Source: Gemmatimonadota bacterium
GTDB lineage: Bacteria > Latescibacterota > UBA2968 > UBA8231
DNA: 13,626 bases
Assembly: GCA_038153405.1 (NCBI GenBank)
Contig: JAYOYH010000086.1
Location: 1-13,626 of the forward strand
Direction of reading: 5' to 3'
Notes under the pieces: generated by a model
Seen by the model: the letters and a program-made list of their open reading frames with translations, nothing else
Database searches by the model: none
Told to the model about the DNA's origin: nothing
Program-made: the position numbers and the translations under genes
Part shown: positions 1 to 7,945 of the stretch, one piece after another
Layout: every line of letters starts with the position of its first letter
Numbering within the stretch: position 1 is the stretch's first letter

Positions 1-553
1 TGTCGACGTCAGCGTCGCTGACGCTCTCGTCGCCGGCGGCGATCATCGGGTTGATTAGGTCGAGCTTAGCCGCGCCGGTAGACAGCTGGGTTTTTCCCGC
101 CTCCATTGGTCCACCCGAAACGAAGATGGCGGGAATGTTGAGGCGCAGCGCCGCCATCAGCATCCCGGGCGTGATTTTGTCGCAGTTGGAAATGCAGATG
201 AGCGCATCGGCCTTGTGGGCCTGTACCATGTATTCGACGCTATCGGCAATCAGCTCGCGGCTGGGCAGCGAGTAGAGCATGCCGTCGTGTCCCATGGCAA
301 TGCCGTCGTCGACGGCGATGGTGTTGAACTCGACGCCGTAGCCACCGTTGGCATCGATTACCTCTTTGACGCGCTGGCCGATCGGATGCAGATGCACGTG
401 GCCGGGAACAAATTGTGTGAACGAATTGGCAATGGCGATAATCGGCTTGTGAAAGTCTTCCGACTTCATGCCCGTGGCGCGCCACAGGGCGCGCGCACCA
501 GCCATGCGCCGTCCCTGCGTGGTCGCGCTGCTGCGATACGAATTCTTGCTCAT
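1..553 (-). CDS. ilvD: Dihydroxy-acid dehydratase, N-terminal part (runs off the left edge)
   Basis: Not in the ORF track because it has no stop in the window. Manual translation from ATG at 553: [29 protein letters not shown]...[20 protein letters not shown]...[36 protein letters not shown]...[35 protein letters not shown]. These are the hallmark IlvD motifs. GAGGAG RBS at 560-565. Confidence 0.97.
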   Translation of the reverse strand, partial: MSKNSYRSSATTQGRRMAGARALWRATGMKSEDFHKPIIAIANSFTQFVPGHVHLHPIGQRVKEVIDANGGYGVEFNTIAVDDGIAMGHDGMLYSLPSRELIADSVEYMVQAHKADALICISNCDKITPGMLMAALRLNIPAIFVSGGPMEAGKTQLSTGAAKLDLINPMIAAGDESVSDADVD

Positions 554-565
554 TGAGAACTCCTC

Positions 566-2701
566 TTAGAATGCCTGTCCAATAGAAAAATAAAACTTCA
601 TCGGTTGCGCGCGGTCAAATCCGTCGTTAAAAGCCACGTCAAAACGCAGCGGAAAACCAAAGGTGTAGCGCAGGCCCGCTCCGTAGCCGTCGATCATGCC
701 GTTGGGCTTGAACAGGTCGGCCAAACGCAGTGCATTCGATCGACGCCAGACCCGGGCTCGATCCCAAAAGGCGACTAGGCCAAAGGTGCCGAGTTGGAAG
801 CGTAGCTCACTGCGTGCGTTGAGGCCAATGCGTCCACCGCCAACGGCCTGAATGGCATCGCGTTCGACGCCGCGGAGCGATCCTTCACCCCCGTAGAGCT
901 TCCAGTAGAGCTGTGGCAGGGCGCGCCCGCTGCGCAGCGATGCAGTGCGCGTGCCCTGCAGGGCGACGGCGGCTACGAAGTGCTTCGACAGGCGCACATA
1001 GCGCCGCGCCTCGACTTCGCCGTCCAGCACGGACGTGCCGCGTCGGCCTAGCTGAATGGCATAGAGACCGCTCAGGCGCAGCAGTGAGCCGCTGCTGGGG
1101 GCAATGCGGTTGTCGCGCGTATCGCGCAGCAGCTCGGAGGTAAAGCTAATCGAGCGCGAGCGCTCCGTCAGAATGGACTCCCAGAGCGCGTCGACGGGAA
1201 TATCGCCTGCGAAGTAGTCGATAGGCACCTCGGTTGCGTCCACCGCATCTTCTTCGAAGAAGTCGTCCTCGCCGAAGAAATCGTCTTCGCCGAAGAAATC
1301 GTCCTCGCCGAAGAAATCGTCGTCTTCGAAGAGGTCGTCGGTGCTCTCTTGACCTGCTGCGTCGCCGATGCTCGGCGCGTATGCAATGGGCGTGGCGCCG
1401 TCGGGTTTGTTGCGCGAGTGCAACCAGGACACGGCGAACTGACCTTGGTAGATGCGCCAGGTGCGCGATAGCGCTCCGCGCACCTGCCATAGGCGCTCCA
1501 GAGATTGGTAGTCATAGGTTACGGTGTTGATATACTCTTCGGCAGCGAGCGTGCCGCCAAAGAGCAAGAGACCGTTGAGCACCGAGTCGTATGTCGTCAG
1601 CAGGTCGAACTGGCGCGGATCGCCCGGGTTGCCGAAGACGATTTTTCGGCTCCACTCGTCGGTTAGGCCGGCCGATAGCACTAGGTCGGCGCCGCTGTCG
1701 ACTAGGTTGCGTTGAGTAAAAGAAAAACTGACGCCTTGCAGCGGCTGTCCCCAGCTGGCATTGAGGCCCAAGCCAATGCCGCGCCCTAGCCAGTTGCCGT
1801 GCTGCACGCTGCCGGTCAGGCGCGGCTTGATGCTGCGGCCTGCGCTGTTGACAAAGAGGTTGCTGCCCAGCTGGACATACTTGCGCTCCTGCAGCTGCAC
1901 CACCACGGTCTGCACGCTGTCGCCCTGCACGGGCGGTGGCGTCGAGAGGAAAACGGAGCGAAATAGATTGGTTCGCGCCAGCTCGTTGCGGCTGTGCGCC
2001 AGCTTGTCGGGATCGTAAAGGTCGCCGCGTTTGAAAGCGATGTAGCGATGCACGAGGTTGGGACGCGTATGCAGATTCTCTTCGCCCTCAATGCGCAGGT
2101 CGCCAAAGTACATCTTGGCACCGGGCTCGACGTGGAAGGCGACGGAGGCGCTGTGTGAGCGGCTGTTTTCATCGCTCCATTCGTTGCGAACGCGCGCGTG
2201 CGGATAGCCTCGGTGGTTTAGGTACGCCTGTATGGCGCGCTCGCCCTCCAAGACCTTGCCGTAGTCCAGCGCGGCACCCGTCTTAAGCGGCACGTTAGCC
2301 AAGAGCTCGTCTTCGGCAAAGGGGGCGCCGCCGAGCACGCGCACGCTGCGCACGGTCCACAGCACCCCGTTGTCAATTTCTATATAGACGCGCACCTGCC
2401 CTCTGTCGTGATCGGTTTCGAATCGCTTGCGGACGATAGATGCTTCGCGGTAGCCGCGGCTGCGATACAGATTGACTAGCGCGACGAGGTCTTCGTTAAA
2501 CAGGCGCCGGCGAAAGGTATTGCCCTCCTGCACGCGCATGGCCGCGCGCAGCATGCGATTGAGTATGAGCTTGTTGCTGCGGTGTACAAAGTGCACGCGC
2601 TCAACCTCCAATCCCTCGGCGTCGCGCACAGACGCGGGAGCCCATTCGGCGCGCGCTGCAACGACAAAGAGCAATAGAGCGCATAGGGTGACGATCGGCA
2701 T
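566..2701 (-). CDS. Omp85-family outer-membrane protein (TamA/BamA-like): signal peptide, about 3 POTRA domains and a beta-barrel; 711 aa
   Basis: Likely start is the ATG at 2701, which overlaps the tamB stop (TAATG) and opens a signal peptide MPIVTLCALLLFVVAARA|E. POTRA motifs: LYRSRGY, YLNHRGYPHARV, GDLYD..KL..SRNEL..TNLF. Omp85 barrel motifs: NWLGRG, RDTRDN..PSSG, GG.GSLRG, ELRF, GYGAGLRY, PLRFD, and terminal YFSIGQAF. Confidence 0.9.
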   Translation of the reverse strand: MPIVTLCALLLFVVAARAEWAPASVRDAEGLEVERVHFVHRSNKLILNRMLRAAMRVQEGNTFRRRLFNEDLVALVNLYRSRGYREASIVRKRFETDHDRGQVRVYIEIDNGVLWTVRSVRVLGGAPFAEDELLANVPLKTGAALDYGKVLEGERAIQAYLNHRGYPHARVRNEWSDENSRSHSASVAFHVEPGAKMYFGDLRIEGEENLHTRPNLVHRYIAFKRGDLYDPDKLAHSRNELARTNLFRSVFLSTPPPVQGDSVQTVVVQLQERKYVQLGSNLFVNSAGRSIKPRLTGSVQHGNWLGRGIGLGLNASWGQPLQGVSFSFTQRNLVDSGADLVLSAGLTDEWSRKIVFGNPGDPRQFDLLTTYDSVLNGLLLFGGTLAAEEYINTVTYDYQSLERLWQVRGALSRTWRIYQGQFAVSWLHSRNKPDGATPIAYAPSIGDAAGQESTDDLFEDDDFFGEDDFFGEDDFFGEDDFFEEDAVDATEVPIDYFAGDIPVDALWESILTERSRSISFTSELLRDTRDNRIAPSSGSLLRLSGLYAIQLGRRGTSVLDGEVEARRYVRLSKHFVAAVALQGTRTASLRSGRALPQLYWKLYGGEGSLRGVERDAIQAVGGGRIGLNARSELRFQLGTFGLVAFWDRARVWRRSNALRLADLFKPNGMIDGYGAGLRYTFGFPLRFDVAFNDGFDRAQPMKFYFSIGQAF
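1247..1340. repeat. In-frame 18-bp tandem repeat encoding (DDFFGE)n in the Omp85 gene
   Basis: Three near-identical units tcgtc(c/t)tcgccgaagaaa at 1263-1280, 1281-1298 and 1299-1316, with degenerate flanking units. Protein: DDLFEDDDFFGEDDFFGEDDFFGEDDFFEED. Confidence 0.95.
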
Positions 2702-5700
2702 TAGAATTCTTTCTTCAGGCCGATGCCCAGTCCGTAGCGGTCGTATTCGCTCTGCGCCGAGCCGGTGAGGGTGAGAATCGAATTGAGTCGGTGCTCCAGG
2801 CGCACTTCGCCCTGCCCCATGCTGTTGATAGCCGCTTCGTAGCGCACCCACATCGGAAAGGGGATTTCGAGAAATTTGCCCATGCGCAGCGCCGGTTGGC
2901 CCTGCTCTACGCCGATGATATTGCTCGATGGCAGCACGGCAAATTCGTCGATGCCAACGCGTGCAACGCGCTTGCTCAACAAGCGTCCGGCCGCCGTGCC
3001 GAGCGCCGTGCCGTAGTTGAAGTCGCTGACGTCGGTGGTGCCGAAGGCCAGTAGGTTGACGATGCGATTGAAATCTAGCGCCGGCGTCGATTCAAAGCGC
3101 GGCGCCGCGCTCTGGGCGGCGCCCTGCAGGCTCATCGTCACGGTATAGCGCGCGTCGCCGTCGCCGCGGTCGACGACCTGAGCCGTTGCTCGCAGGTCGA
3201 GCGTTGGGTCCAATACGAGCGGATCATAGGCTACTTCGAGCAGCGATCGCGTCGGCACCAGGCTGTTGAGGACGATGCGTCCTTCCTCCAGTTCGAATGG
3301 GCGGTTGAGGACGTATATGCTGCCCTCGTCCAGGACGACATCCCCTTGAAAGACGGGTTTGTAAAACGTGCCGGAAATGCCGATGCCGCCCGAAGCGCGG
3401 GCGTTGGTCAATTCGCTGTCGACCTGCAGATCGCGCAGCTGGACGTGCACGTCCAACTCCATATTCTCCAGGAATTCATCGCGCAGCGCCGGAGGTGGTG
3501 GTGGCACAGGCGGGCTGTTGAGCACGACGAATACGGGTTCGGCTACCGGACTTTGCAGCGTTAGAGAGCCGGATAGCTGCGATCGACGCGTGCTGCCGGC
3601 CATGCGCAGGTCGACATTTATATCGTCGTCGCGGAAGATGTCCGCGTAGTGCAGGTCGAGTCCGCGCGCACGCAGCGCCACGTCAAAGGTGGGCTCGAGC
3701 AAATCGCCTAGGTCGACAAAGCCGCTCATGGCCATTTCGTCATAGCTGTTCGTCGGTCCGCTGCTGAAGTTGCGCAGCGTGCCCCGCCGCCCCGACCATG
3801 CTAAACGGCCGTCGGGTAGGGCATAGGTTGGCGTTACGCCTAGTAGGGCGAGCTGCACATCGGCAAAGTCGATATGGCCGTCCAGCGTTAGCGTCGAGTC
3901 GAGTCCGCGCGCGTGCACCTGGCCCAGTGCCCGACCTCCCAAGGCGTCGAGGTCAGTCAGTAAGTCGACTAAGGCCGATAGATCTATGCCGTCGGAGTGT
4001 GCCTCCAGCCAGCCTGCGGTCCAGTCGATGCGCCCTGCTGAAAGATTCCAAGGCAGGTGCCCTTTAACGGTGAGGCTGTCCTGTAAAAGCGTGTTCCAGC
4101 GCAGGTGCATATATGCGCCCGTGCTGTCTCCAGTTAGTGCGGTTTCTGCGCTGCCCAGATCGTCGGTTGCAATATCCAAATGAGCGAAGAGCTGCGGGGC
4201 GCCATAGGTGCCGGTTAGTTGCGCCTGCAGGTTGGCCATTCCATCGGGGCCGCCCAGCAGCAGTAGGTCGACATCGGCCATGTGTAGGCGAACGTCGCTG
4301 TCGCCGTCGGTCGGCAAGCGACCGTCCAGGCTGAGTGTGCCGGCAGGTAGAAAAGCTTCGGCATCGCGGTCGTAGCGACTCATTTCTGCCAGCAGGCCTT
4401 CGAGTCGGATTCCCTGCTGGTTGGCCTGCGCGCGCGCGCCGGGTGCCAGCATCAGGTTGAGCGCCTCGCCGCCTATTTGGGCATCTATGCTGAATTGCTC
4501 TACGCGCACATCGCCGCGCAGCGCTCCGTGCTCGTTGACCAGCGGTACGTGCACATCGGCGCTCAGGCTGAGCAGGCCGCGCGCCGGACTTCCGAGCATA
4601 TAGGTCAGCGGTGCGCGCAGCGAGAGAGCGTCGATGGATAGGCTGATATGGGCAGCGGTGCCGGGCTCCGCGCGCCCCGTTCCCAAGGTTGGAGCGGATA
4701 CCGATGCGGTCAGCGCCGGACGCTGGCGCTGGCGCAGTGTGGCGCGGGCGACCAGAGAATCGCGCAGCGTCCAGTCGACGCGCAGGTCGCCCAGCAGCGC
4801 GGTGTCGAGCCGCACGGCGCGCAGATCCATCCATCCATCCATTTGCGGCTGTGCGAGGCGTCCGCTGATGGTCATATGTCCAGTGCCCTGCTCCAGGTGG
4901 AGGTCTGTAGCGAGCGCACTCATATCGATTTGCGGCCAGTCCACATCGACGGATAGCGCGTCCACCGAGGCGCTGCCGGCGATGGTCATGGGTCCGAGCG
5001 GCGTGTGCAACAGCGCCTGCGAAGAGGCTAGCAGGCCGTCGGCATAGCGCAGGTGCAGCGGCGCGCGCGCGGTTAGCCCTGCGCCGCCAATGGCAAGGTC
5101 CAGTGAATCGATGGCCAGTTCGGCTGATCCGGCACTGGCGTAGTACAGCGGTGTGCGCAGCGTCAACTCGCCGACCAGAGCTAGTGAATCGCCGTCGGTC
5201 GAATGCAGTTGGAGGCCGCGAAAGGCGGCGCGTGCGGCTACGTTCTGCGCGCTGTCAATAGAAACGGTGGCCTGCGCGTGCGCCGTGCGCGCCCATCCGC
5301 TGCCCGTACCCGCTGACCAGCGCAGCCCCGCCGCGATATCGCCTCCGCGCCAAGAATCGTGGCGAACGTCGCCGGCTTGGAGGTCGACTTGGACTAGTAG
5401 GCTGTCGATCGCTAAGGGTCCGTCGGCGCGCAGGTCGAGCGATAAGGCGCCCGCTGTGCTCTGTGCCAGGCGAGATAGGGGTAGGCGGTGCACGGCTATG
5501 TGGAAAGAGTCTGTGCGTCCGCGGCGCAGATCAAAGAGGCCGCGTCCGACCAGCAGGCTGTCTTCCAGTTCGATGCGGGCATCGACGTAGCGCGCTGCGC
5601 GGAGGTTGACTTCGGCGCGGACCGGGCCAAAGGGGGTGTCGGCAACGGCTGGTAGGTGCGCTGTATCGGCGAAGAGCTGAAGCGTGTCGGGGCGCAGGGT

Positions 5701-6969
5701 CGCGCGCAGATTGATGGGTGCCATATCCAGGTCGAACGCGGCACGCGGCTGCAGTTGGCCGCTGATGTGCAATTCGTATTGGCCCTCTAGGTCGGATTGG
5801 CCGTGCGCTACCAGCGCAGCTGCAGGAGAGTCCAGCTGTAGGTGGGTTGTACCATCGGGTAGATGCTGACCTTGCAGCGCTGCGTCAAAAGGACGCGCAC
5901 CCGGCCAGTGGATGTCGTTAAAGAAAAAGCGGGTCTCAGCGCTATAGCGCCGTGTGGCGAAGTCGAATTCGGCGCGCGCGTGGCCCGCTGCGCTGCCGGA
6001 TAGAGTGCTGTCGATATGCGCCAGCGCCAGTTGCTCAGCGCGTAGCGTTGCGCTCAGGCTATCGCCCGAAAGTGCGTAGCGGGCCTGCGCGTGCAGCACT
6101 CCGGCCAAGACGGTGGCCTGCAGCGAGTCGAGCGTAGCATGGGCAGTGTCCACGCGCGCATCTGCTGCGAAGGGGACCTCGCCCAGCAGAGCCGAAAATA
6201 GGTGGCCGCGCAGCGCGGCGCGCAGAGCGAGCGGCTGCAGCGCGCCGGCCACATCGGCCTCGGCGCGCAGGCTGTCGCCGTGGCCCGTTGCGTGCAGATG
6301 CCACGTCGTGCGCAGAGCGCGCTGTGCGGAAAAATCCAATCGTCCTGCCATGCCTATGAGCGCGCGCAGCGCATCGACGTGGACGTCTGCCTGTAGCGAA
6401 TCGATATCGATATAGTCGGTGTGAAGCATGGCGCGGGCGGCCAGCGAGCCCGTTATCTGCAGCGAGTCGCTGTCGATCTGCCACGTGTGCAGCTGCATGT
6501 CCAACGAGCCCGTTTGCTCGAGTGCGCTGCGATAGCGACCGGACCATCCTTGGAGGCGCAGGTGGCTACCGTCTCCAAGGTCGACGTCGGCGCTGCCGTT
6601 GATCAGATGCAGATCGGGCAGCCATTCGATGGGTAGTTGGATGGCCACCGGCGCGCGTTGGGCGCTGTCGGTCGCTGCAGCCAGCGCCAGAGTCAAGTGC
6701 GGTTCTTGCAGGCGCACAGAAGCCGGTCGAAGGGAGATCGCAAGCTCTTCGACGCGCAGTTCAACGCGCTGTGCCGCGTCGTAGAAACGGGCACCGCGCA
6801 GGCTGAAGCCGCTCCACAGCGAACCGCTTATCCCGTCTGCCTGCAGCGTCTGCGGCGAGGACAATAGGGCGGCTCCGCGCAGCAGCGCCCATGGGCCGAG
6901 CGGCGTGTACAGGGCTGCGCCAACCAATGCCAAGGCCAGCAGCGCTGCAGCGTGAAGACGCTTTCTCAT
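2701..6969 (-). CDS. tamB: TamB/AsmA-like translocation and assembly module inner-membrane subunit with C-terminal DUF490-like domain; 1422 aa
   Basis: N-terminal basic plus hydrophobic anchor (MRKRLHAAALLALALVGAALYT), followed by ISGSLWSG. Long stretch of alternating amphipathic beta-strands. The C-terminal region has TamB-type motifs (I.GTFYKP.F.G.V.L..G, DP.LDL.A, P.F.S.P.L....I..LL.FG) and ends in an OMP-like last strand (YGLGIGLKKEF). Lies directly next to an Omp85 gene. Confidence 0.88.
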   Translation of the reverse strand: MRKRLHAAALLALALVGAALYTPLGPWALLRGAALLSSPQTLQADGISGSLWSGFSLRGARFYDAAQRVELRVEELAISLRPASVRLQEPHLTLALAAATDSAQRAPVAIQLPIEWLPDLHLINGSADVDLGDGSHLRLQGWSGRYRSALEQTGSLDMQLHTWQIDSDSLQITGSLAARAMLHTDYIDIDSLQADVHVDALRALIGMAGRLDFSAQRALRTTWHLHATGHGDSLRAEADVAGALQPLALRAALRGHLFSALLGEVPFAADARVDTAHATLDSLQATVLAGVLHAQARYALSGDSLSATLRAEQLALAHIDSTLSGSAAGHARAEFDFATRRYSAETRFFFNDIHWPGARPFDAALQGQHLPDGTTHLQLDSPAAALVAHGQSDLEGQYELHISGQLQPRAAFDLDMAPINLRATLRPDTLQLFADTAHLPAVADTPFGPVRAEVNLRAARYVDARIELEDSLLVGRGLFDLRRGRTDSFHIAVHRLPLSRLAQSTAGALSLDLRADGPLAIDSLLVQVDLQAGDVRHDSWRGGDIAAGLRWSAGTGSGWARTAHAQATVSIDSAQNVAARAAFRGLQLHSTDGDSLALVGELTLRTPLYYASAGSAELAIDSLDLAIGGAGLTARAPLHLRYADGLLASSQALLHTPLGPMTIAGSASVDALSVDVDWPQIDMSALATDLHLEQGTGHMTISGRLAQPQMDGWMDLRAVRLDTALLGDLRVDWTLRDSLVARATLRQRQRPALTASVSAPTLGTGRAEPGTAAHISLSIDALSLRAPLTYMLGSPARGLLSLSADVHVPLVNEHGALRGDVRVEQFSIDAQIGGEALNLMLAPGARAQANQQGIRLEGLLAEMSRYDRDAEAFLPAGTLSLDGRLPTDGDSDVRLHMADVDLLLLGGPDGMANLQAQLTGTYGAPQLFAHLDIATDDLGSAETALTGDSTGAYMHLRWNTLLQDSLTVKGHLPWNLSAGRIDWTAGWLEAHSDGIDLSALVDLLTDLDALGGRALGQVHARGLDSTLTLDGHIDFADVQLALLGVTPTYALPDGRLAWSGRRGTLRNFSSGPTNSYDEMAMSGFVDLGDLLEPTFDVALRARGLDLHYADIFRDDDINVDLRMAGSTRRSQLSGSLTLQSPVAEPVFVVLNSPPVPPPPPALRDEFLENMELDVHVQLRDLQVDSELTNARASGGIGISGTFYKPVFQGDVVLDEGSIYVLNRPFELEEGRIVLNSLVPTRSLLEVAYDPLVLDPTLDLRATAQVVDRGDGDARYTVTMSLQGAAQSAAPRFESTPALDFNRIVNLLAFGTTDVSDFNYGTALGTAAGRLLSKRVARVGIDEFAVLPSSNIIGVEQGQPALRMGKFLEIPFPMWVRYEAAINSMGQGEVRLEHRLNSILTLTGSAQSEYDRYGLGIGLKKEF

Positions 6970-7823
6970 TTACTTTTTTTTACCTGCGTAAGCGTTTTGG
7001 GTACGGCGAAGAGCGAGTCGGGCAGGGGGGCGTGCCGCAGCGTTTTGATCTGGCGCTCCAGGCGAAAAACCTCCGTCCACTTTTTGCTGCCGGCCTGCTG
7101 GGCCGACGCCGTTAGCGTCGAGCGCAGAGCGAAGCCGTTGAGTTCGGCTTCCATCGCGCGCAGTTCGTCCTGCAGGCGGTCTAGCTCTTGCACCTTGTCG
7201 CTAAACTGCTGCATGGTGCCGGCGATGAGCGCCGGATACGAAGTGGTGCTGTCCTGCAGCGCTTGAAAGGCGCGCAGTTCGCTCCAGCCGGGAAATTTCT
7301 CCGACACGCAGGCATCGTAAGTATAGCGGTTTTCGCGCTGCGATGTTTTCCCCGCATCGTATAGGGCGCGCATTTGTGCAACGACGCGCCTGCAGGGAAT
7401 GGCGGCGACGACCGAGCTATCGCCGGGCACCTTAAAGGCAAAGGCCACTTTGGGTGCCGGAGCGGCTGCCGTTGGGCGCGCCGTCTTGGCTGCGCCCAGC
7501 TTGAGTGCGGGGACGCTGGCGCGCACGAAGGTCTGCGCGTCGAGGTTGATCTCAACAACTTCGGCCTTGCCTAAGTTGAGTATGGTGCTCGAGCGCAGGG
7601 GCTGGCCCTGATTTTTAAGCGCCTTTGCCGTCTTCTTATCGACGATGAGTTGAGCATCGACTTTTTGCGTCTTACCCTTGATATAGACGCTGTGCACGGT
7701 CGTGCGCGCGCCCGCTTTGCCCTTGCCAAATCCGGGATTGACCAGTTCCTCTTCAAAGTATACGTCGGCTTGGGCTGGCAGAGTCGCCAGCCCGATAACG
7801 AATAGAATCCACAGTCGCGTCAT
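6966..7823 (-). CDS. Secreted/periplasmic protein, DUF4412-like; 285 aa
   Basis: Sec signal peptide MTRLWILFVIGLATLPAQA|D and GGGAG RBS at 7831-7835. Resembles DUF4412-type proteins (VYIKG..K, TILNL....V..IN...KT-like, VAAIPCRR, C-terminal LPDSLFAVPK). Stop overlaps the tamB start (ATGA). The CDS is solid; the family call is from remembered motif pattern. Confidence 0.7.
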   Translation of the reverse strand: MTRLWILFVIGLATLPAQADVYFEEELVNPGFGKGKAGARTTVHSVYIKGKTQKVDAQLIVDKKTAKALKNQGQPLRSSTILNLGKAEVVEINLDAQTFVRASVPALKLGAAKTARPTAAAPAPKVAFAFKVPGDSSVVAAIPCRRVVAQMRALYDAGKTSQRENRYTYDACVSEKFPGWSELRAFQALQDSTTSYPALIAGTMQQFSDKVQELDRLQDELRAMEAELNGFALRSTLTASAQQAGSKKWTEVFRLERQIKTLRHAPLPDSLFAVPKTLTQVKKSK

Positions 7824-7890
7824 AGCATATCTCCCAATACGAGATGAGGCCTATATAAAATAGGCGATTTTGCGTTGGGCCGTACGCGGC

Positions 7891-7920
7891 AAAGCCCCCC
7901 GCTCACAAGAGCAGGGGGCC
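7891..7920 (-). terminator. Probable intrinsic terminator after the zinc metallopeptidase gene
   Basis: Minus strand GCCCCCTGCTC-TTGT-GAGCGGGGGGC forms an 11-bp stem with one G-U pair. It is followed by only TTT and lies about 25 nt after the stop at 7946. Confidence 0.65.
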
Positions 7921-7945
7921 TGAACCGGTGCGGATTGAGAAGGCG

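Noticed and set aside
51..556. Plus-strand ORFs 51..275 and 215..556, and minus-strand ORF 240..485
   Set aside because: Antisense or off-frame shadows of ilvD, which occupies this interval with unmistakable motifs.
1263..1316. 18-bp repeats as a possible CRISPR array
   Set aside because: The units are directly adjacent with no spacers, are in frame within a CDS, and no cas genes are present.
2702..2851. 50-aa N-terminal extension of the Omp85 ORF given in the track
   Set aside because: It overlaps the tamB 3' end and would bury the signal peptide. The ATG at 2701 (TAATG coupling) is the better start.
4825..4842. (ATCC)4 microsatellite in tamB as a phase-variation switch
   Set aside because: Only four units, explained by the peptide MDGWMD, and the frame is intact. 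Too short to support without read-level variation.
6974..6981. A8 tract (minus strand) just before the tamB start as a frameshift or fusion site
   Set aside because: It encodes Lys codons at the end of the upstream gene. The tamB frame has TAA immediately before its ATG, so slippage cannot create a fusion.
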